Assembly: GCA_904374795.1 (NCBI GenBank)
Contig: CAJFEV010000009.1
Span: 1 to 50,288 of the forward strand
From: an uncultured Bacilli bacterium
GTDB lineage: Bacteria; Bacillota_I; Bacilli_A; RF39; UBA660
DNA: 50,288 bases
Direction of reading: 5' to 3'
Shown here: positions 46,839 through 50,288 of the stretch, piece after piece
How the letters are laid out: every line of letters starts with the position of its first letter
Numbering within the stretch: position 1 is the first letter of the stretch
Made by a program: the position numbers and the translations under genes
Notes under the pieces: model-generated
The model's input: the letters and a program-made list of their open reading frames with translations, nothing else
The model's database searches: none
What the model was told of the DNA's origin: nothing

Positions 46839-48266
46839 TTACACCTTTTCTAAAACTTTCTTTTCCCAGCTTTCAAGAAATGGAAGAATATTAGGTGCGA
46901 CTGGATTATTATATTTCATTTTACTTTGTACAATCTGTTGACCTCGTACTTCAATCGTAACGAATGATGTATGTGGTTGAGTAAGTAATCTAAGAAAATA
47001 AATGTCACATTTGCCTGTAGCATAGCTTTTAGAATAATTTTTATAAACACAATTATGTTGTTGCTCAGCTTCATCTCGTAATTCTTTTAAAGAAGGAGCT
47101 GGAAAGACAATAAATTGATTATTTTTATAAATGTTTTTCTCTAAATCCTTAGCTCGTTCTTGAATAAGACTATCAATATTTTTATCTAAAATCTCTTTCA
47201 TAACTTGAGTAACAGAATCATGTGCTTCCATTAAATTGTCAGGATATAATATCTTTTTATCATGTAAATCGTAATGAAGTGTACTACACATATTAAGATA
47301 ATCTAAATATTCTATTTCATGGTGAGGATAAAACTTCAAAACTTTATAGTATGCTTTTTCTAAATCTACATATTGACTAATTTCCTTTAAACGACTGAAC
47401 GCAGCTAACTTTCTTATTAATCGAATATCCTTTTTCTTAAGAATTCTTAAAACTTTTAATTCTCGATAAATTATATTATGTTTTTTCATAAAAGGATAAA
47501 AGGTTTTAGGAACGCCAAATACTTCTTCAAAACTTTTTCCTTGATGAAAATCCGGAGCATTCATTGCTAAATAATACAATTTCATCTTATTTAAAATTTC
47601 AAAACTAGGCATATAAGCATGACAAGTAAGATAATCACTAATACAAATATATTTATTTTTCAAAAAGTTTAGAAAAGATTGTAATTCACTATATTGAATA
47701 CTTGTGTTTTTAATAAGATTTTTTACATTATAAGGACAAACCATACCATAAACATCTCGATAAGCCCATCTAAAATTTCTTGCTCGCCAATGAGTAAATT
47801 CTTCATAGTGAGAAATATACATATATCCCATATGATTATGAACTTGGTTTGTAACAAAATCATAAATTTGATTTGTTCCCATAACAAAACTTCTCATAAA
47901 CTCCGTGAGAGAGTGTTCAATTTTATTATTAAAAAAATCTGAATATAGCTCAAAAGTCCGAATAACAAATGTGTCTTGGATCTTATCAAGAAGTTGTAGA
48001 TTATCCCGAAAGACATAATGAGTAAGTCGATCAGTTTTCACTAATAATTTTTGCTTACAATTAGGACATTTATAAGATTGATTCACTTTAGCTTTGCACT
48101 GGAAAATATATCCGCAATTGGTACAACGATATTCTTTCTTTGATTTTATAATTAAATTATGAGTTTTTTCTTTTTCAGAAATAAATCTTTGAAATGTTTT
48201 AGGAATAATAAACTTACGATCCGTCAAATCCAATAAAGCTCTAAATTCTTTTTTGATATAACTCAT
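46839..48266 (-). CDS. PcfJ-like protein with an N-terminal zinc ribbon
   Basis: CTNCGYIFQC..CPNCKQK zinc ribbon. The C-terminal QQHNCVYKNYSKSYATGKCDIYFLRLLTQPHTSFVTIEVRGQQIVQ resembles the PcfJ-like domain from memory. Confidence 0.5.
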   Translation of the reverse strand: MSYIKKEFRALLDLTDRKFIIPKTFQRFISEKEKTHNLIIKSKKEYRCTNCGYIFQCKAKVNQSYKCPNCKQKLLVKTDRLTHYVFRDNLQLLDKIQDTFVIRTFELYSDFFNNKIEHSLTEFMRSFVMGTNQIYDFVTNQVHNHMGYMYISHYEEFTHWRARNFRWAYRDVYGMVCPYNVKNLIKNTSIQYSELQSFLNFLKNKYICISDYLTCHAYMPSFEILNKMKLYYLAMNAPDFHQGKSFEEVFGVPKTFYPFMKKHNIIYRELKVLRILKKKDIRLIRKLAAFSRLKEISQYVDLEKAYYKVLKFYPHHEIEYLDYLNMCSTLHYDLHDKKILYPDNLMEAHDSVTQVMKEILDKNIDSLIQERAKDLEKNIYKNNQFIVFPAPSLKELRDEAEQQHNCVYKNYSKSYATGKCDIYFLRLLTQPHTSFVTIEVRGQQIVQSKMKYNNPVAPNILPFLESWEKKVLEKV

Positions 48267-48616
48267 GAAAAATCAAATTGCATTTGGTTTGAAGGAATGT
48301 TTTTTAATTCAGTTTTAGAATCTTTTTTTGGATTAGTACTAGATAGTAATATTCCTAGTTCAGCATTAGTTTTTTGAAAATAATCAATACACCATTGATA
48401 AACTTGTGAGTCTTCAATAATAGAAATATTATTAACGCAATATTCTTTAGCATTATCTCTCAAATAATTTACTAAATCTTTCAAATTTTTTTCTGGTCTT
48501 AAATAGTATTCACTCATATCAGGAACTTGTAACAAATAATTTACAATTGTGGTTAAAGGTTTATTTTGAAAATTATCTTGATTATATAATTCTTTTAGTC
48601 TTTCATAACCATTCAT
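48263..48616 (-). CDS. PcfK-like (AcrIIA9-related family) protein
   Basis: About 117 aa with NYLLQ...KNLKDLVNYLRDNAKEY...DSQVYQWCIDYF pattern, and a 4-nt overlap with the PcfJ-like gene (pcfK-pcfJ synteny). Confidence 0.4.
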   Translation of the reverse strand: MNGYERLKELYNQDNFQNKPLTTIVNYLLQVPDMSEYYLRPEKNLKDLVNYLRDNAKEYCVNNISIIEDSQVYQWCIDYFQKTNAELGILLSSTNPKKDSKTELKNIPSNQMQFDFS

Positions 48617-48649
48617 AATTTTTAACTCCTTTCAAATAATTAGCTATTA

Positions 48650-48940
48650 CTACACATTCAATTTTTCAAAATGCTTTTTATATGAATTTAATGTTGCACG
48701 AATAATTTTTTTATCTTTCCTAAAAGAACTTTTTAGCAAAAAATAAATATTAGGAACATAAGTAACCGATGTTAAAGCAGAATCATAATTTCCGTTTAAC
48801 AAATCAACAAAAGATTGTGGTATACGTTGAATAAATGTTCCAAAACTTAATTCTTTTAATATTTTCAATACATCATCAGCCATCAAAAGTTTTACTTCTT
48901 CGCCGATATCATGTATACTTTTCTTTTGCATTTTAAACAC
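48650..48940 (-). CDS. Hypothetical protein
   Basis: 96-aa ORF with GGGAGGTG RBS. Confidence 0.45.
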   Translation of the reverse strand: MFKMQKKSIHDIGEEVKLLMADDVLKILKELSFGTFIQRIPQSFVDLLNGNYDSALTSVTYVPNIYFLLKSSFRKDKKIIRATLNSYKKHFEKLNV

Positions 48941-49188
48941 CTCCCATAACTACTGTTTAACAAAGGTGTCAATTATTTACAACCCCTTTACCAAAATTTA
49001 ACAAAAAAAGAACACACTAACAAAAGTGTGCCATAAATTAATCTACAAATATTATTTTAAAAGAAACACGCAAAAGATAATACACGATAATTACCCCAAA
49101 TGAGACGTTTTGAGAAACGTAAGAAACGTTCGAATATGCTTGGACCCCAAAACACGAAATAACCTTTGGTCAACATTTGATGCACGTT

Positions 49189-49407
49189 TTAATTTTCGGT
49201 ACTATCTTTGTATTCTTCAATATGAAAAAGCTCATATAGTTCTATAAGAAGTTTAACTTCTTCTCGTTCGATAACTAAGTGATCGTTAAAAGAGAGTAGA
49301 GTACCAATTAGACCTTCGTCATCAACATCATCAGTTAATTTAAAAAGAACTTTCTTTCCAACTAATTGTTTTATCTTTTCTATAAATTGTTTATAATTTC
49401 TATCCAT
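49189..49407 (-). CDS. Hypothetical small protein, first gene of the leftward island operon
   Basis: ATG 49407 (MDRNYKQF) with GGAG RBS, preferred over TTG 49440. Confidence 0.4.
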   Translation of the reverse strand: MDRNYKQFIEKIKQLVGKKVLFKLTDDVDDEGLIGTLLSFNDHLVIEREEVKLLIELYELFHIEEYKDSTEN

Positions 49408-49459
49408 ATGCAAATCTCCTATATCTTTTTTGAATTTCAAACAAATTTCTTCAAGAAAT

Positions 49460-49488
49460 ATTGTACAACACTTCTAGTATAATCACAA
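49460..49488 (-). promoter_or_regulatory. Promoter TTGTGA-N17-TACAAT at the right end of the island
   Basis: Plus-strand ATTGTA at 49460-49465 and TCACAA at 49483-49488. Followed on the minus strand by palindromes ATTTCTTGAAGAAAT and TTTGAAATTCAAA. Confidence 0.45.
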
Positions 49489-49544
49489 GAGGCATAAAAT
49501 TAACACCTCAAGTGTAATTAAAAAATAACATAAAAAGTGTGTGC

Positions 49545-49557
49545 AAATTGTGTGTAA
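49545..49557 (+). repeat. 13-bp AAATTGTGTGTAA repeat near the right end (partner at 31228-31240)
   Basis: Context AGTGTGTGCAAATTGTGTGTAATTGTGTTCAA. Confidence 0.6.
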
Positions 49558-49697
49558 TTGTGTTCAATTTATTATGAACTTTCATGTTTTTTTGAACAAT
49601 TTGACTCTGAATTTGAAGAAAAAAGATATGACTAATTTTTTAAGGATTTATCGTGCTTCATGAGGAATTTTTGTGCTAATTTTTTCAAAAAATAAGT

Positions 49698-49743
49698 GCC
49701 TTGCCAAGGTTGAGACGGGAGTTCGATTCTCCTCACTTGCTCC
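49698..49743 (+). repeat. attR: 46-bp copy of the tRNA-Gly 3' part
   Basis: Identical to 31049-31094. Confidence 0.9.
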
Positions 49744-49786
49744 AGTGACGTTTCTGTTCGAACTTTTATAGTTTGAACTTAACATA

Positions 49787-49815
49787 TAATCAATCCGTTC
49801 GGGTTGATTTTTTTG
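49787..49815 (+). terminator. Rho-independent terminator just outside attR (probable original tRNA-Gly terminator)
   Basis: AATCAATCC (49787-49795) / GGGTTGATT (49801-49809) followed by TTTTT. Confidence 0.6.
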
Positions 49816-49855
49816 TGCTTACAAAAGAATTAACTAGGAAAGGACGGTGTTAATT

Positions 49856-50131
49856 ATGATAAAGTTTACTACACATGAGTTAGAAATGGAAAAAAGTCTA
49901 AAACAACGTATTGAGTTTATTTGTGAGTTCTGCCATGTTACTCCTATTATTACTAATGGAAGTATTAAGAAAATAAACAATACAAACTTAAACTACATTG
50001 AACCTCATAAAATCGTTGTAAATAATACTACTTTTCTAGCCTTTAATTATTCTACTGATATTTATGTGGGTAATCTAAATAAAAAGATTAAACTTGTAGA
50101 ATTAGAAGATTATATTAAAAATATGGCTTAA
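49856..50131 (+). CDS. Hypothetical protein
   Basis: ORF beyond attR. No motif recognised. Start uncertain (GTG 49847 or ATG 49856). Confidence 0.35.
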   Translation: MIKFTTHELEMEKSLKQRIEFICEFCHVTPIITNGSIKKINNTNLNYIEPHKIVVNNTTFLAFNYSTDIYVGNLNKKIKLVELEDYIKNMA

Positions 50132-50288
50132 TCATTATTATTTAAACGACAAATATTGACTTTTTCTCTTAAAAAATTTATTATATTAGGCAAAACAAGG
50201 GGTTATTTACCTGCCAAATCTTTTTAATGGGGGTTATTGATTTGGAAGTACACAATTTATTAATAGCAAAGTTAAAGAGATAAAGGTA

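Larger units (their letters stand above)
31095..49743. mobile_element. ~18.6-kb tRNA-Gly-integrated genomic island (integrase, excisionase, replication/recombination genes, accessory cassettes; no virion or conjugation genes recognised)
   Basis: 46-bp direct repeats at both ends, tyrosine integrase next to the intact tRNA, nearly all genes co-oriented leftward, and a native-looking tRNA terminator retained just outside attR. Confidence 0.85.

Noticed and set aside
31095-49743. Island as a complete prophage or a conjugative element
   Set aside because: At 18.6 kb it is too small, and no terminase, portal, capsid, tail, lysin, relaxase, coupling-protein or VirB4-like signatures were recognised in any ORF. 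The call remains a satellite- or IME-like element pending HMM searches.

Overview
Low-GC Bacillota-type chromosome (standard code; gene content and DUF285/BspA repeats suggest an Erysipelotrichia-like organism). About 31 kb of housekeeping genes is followed by an 18.6-kb integrated island.

Host arm (1-31 kb): a frameshifted DUF2207 gene, uvrA, an atypical RNB-domain RNase, lgt, two proteins with SipW-type signal peptides (TasA/camelysin-like), tex, asnB, a PAP2 phosphatase, a YtxH-like protein, a small alarmone synthetase, mutY, a BspA/DUF285 surface-protein gene interrupted by a G10 tract and a TAG codon, a P-type ATPase, a GntR(YtrA)-ABC operon, a MacB-like ABC transporter, a UDG-superfamily protein, a secreted nuclease and tRNA-Gly(GCC).

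Island (31095-49743):
- It sits in the 3' end of the tRNA and is bounded by a perfect 46-bp direct repeat (31049-31094 and 49698-49743).
- It carries a tyrosine integrase, an excisionase-like HTH protein, a RecA-like ATPase, a DnaB-family helicase, a DnaD-domain protein, a PcfK-like/PcfJ-like pair, an XRE regulator and a small serine recombinase.
- I recognise no capsid, tail, terminase, lysis, relaxase or type IV secretion genes.
- Its centre is an accessory region built from a duplicated 222-bp terminator-operator-promoter-RBS module. The copies drive (i) a set of small membrane proteins and (ii) a PD-(D/E)XK nuclease with an unknown C-terminal domain. An envelope module lies next to it: a Cys-containing lipoprotein and a membrane-anchored thioredoxin-like protein.
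- Three leftward promoters share the same palindrome-N9-(-35)-N17-(-10) layout. One lies beside the XRE regulator gene, which suggests a single island regulon.

Outside the island, the most notable loci are a 25-codon hydrophobic ORF with a convergent antisense promoter and terminator upstream of uvrA (type I toxin-antitoxin-like), and the G10 contingency tract. No rRNA genes or CRISPR arrays were seen. All functional calls come from motif recognition by eye and need HMM or BLAST confirmation.
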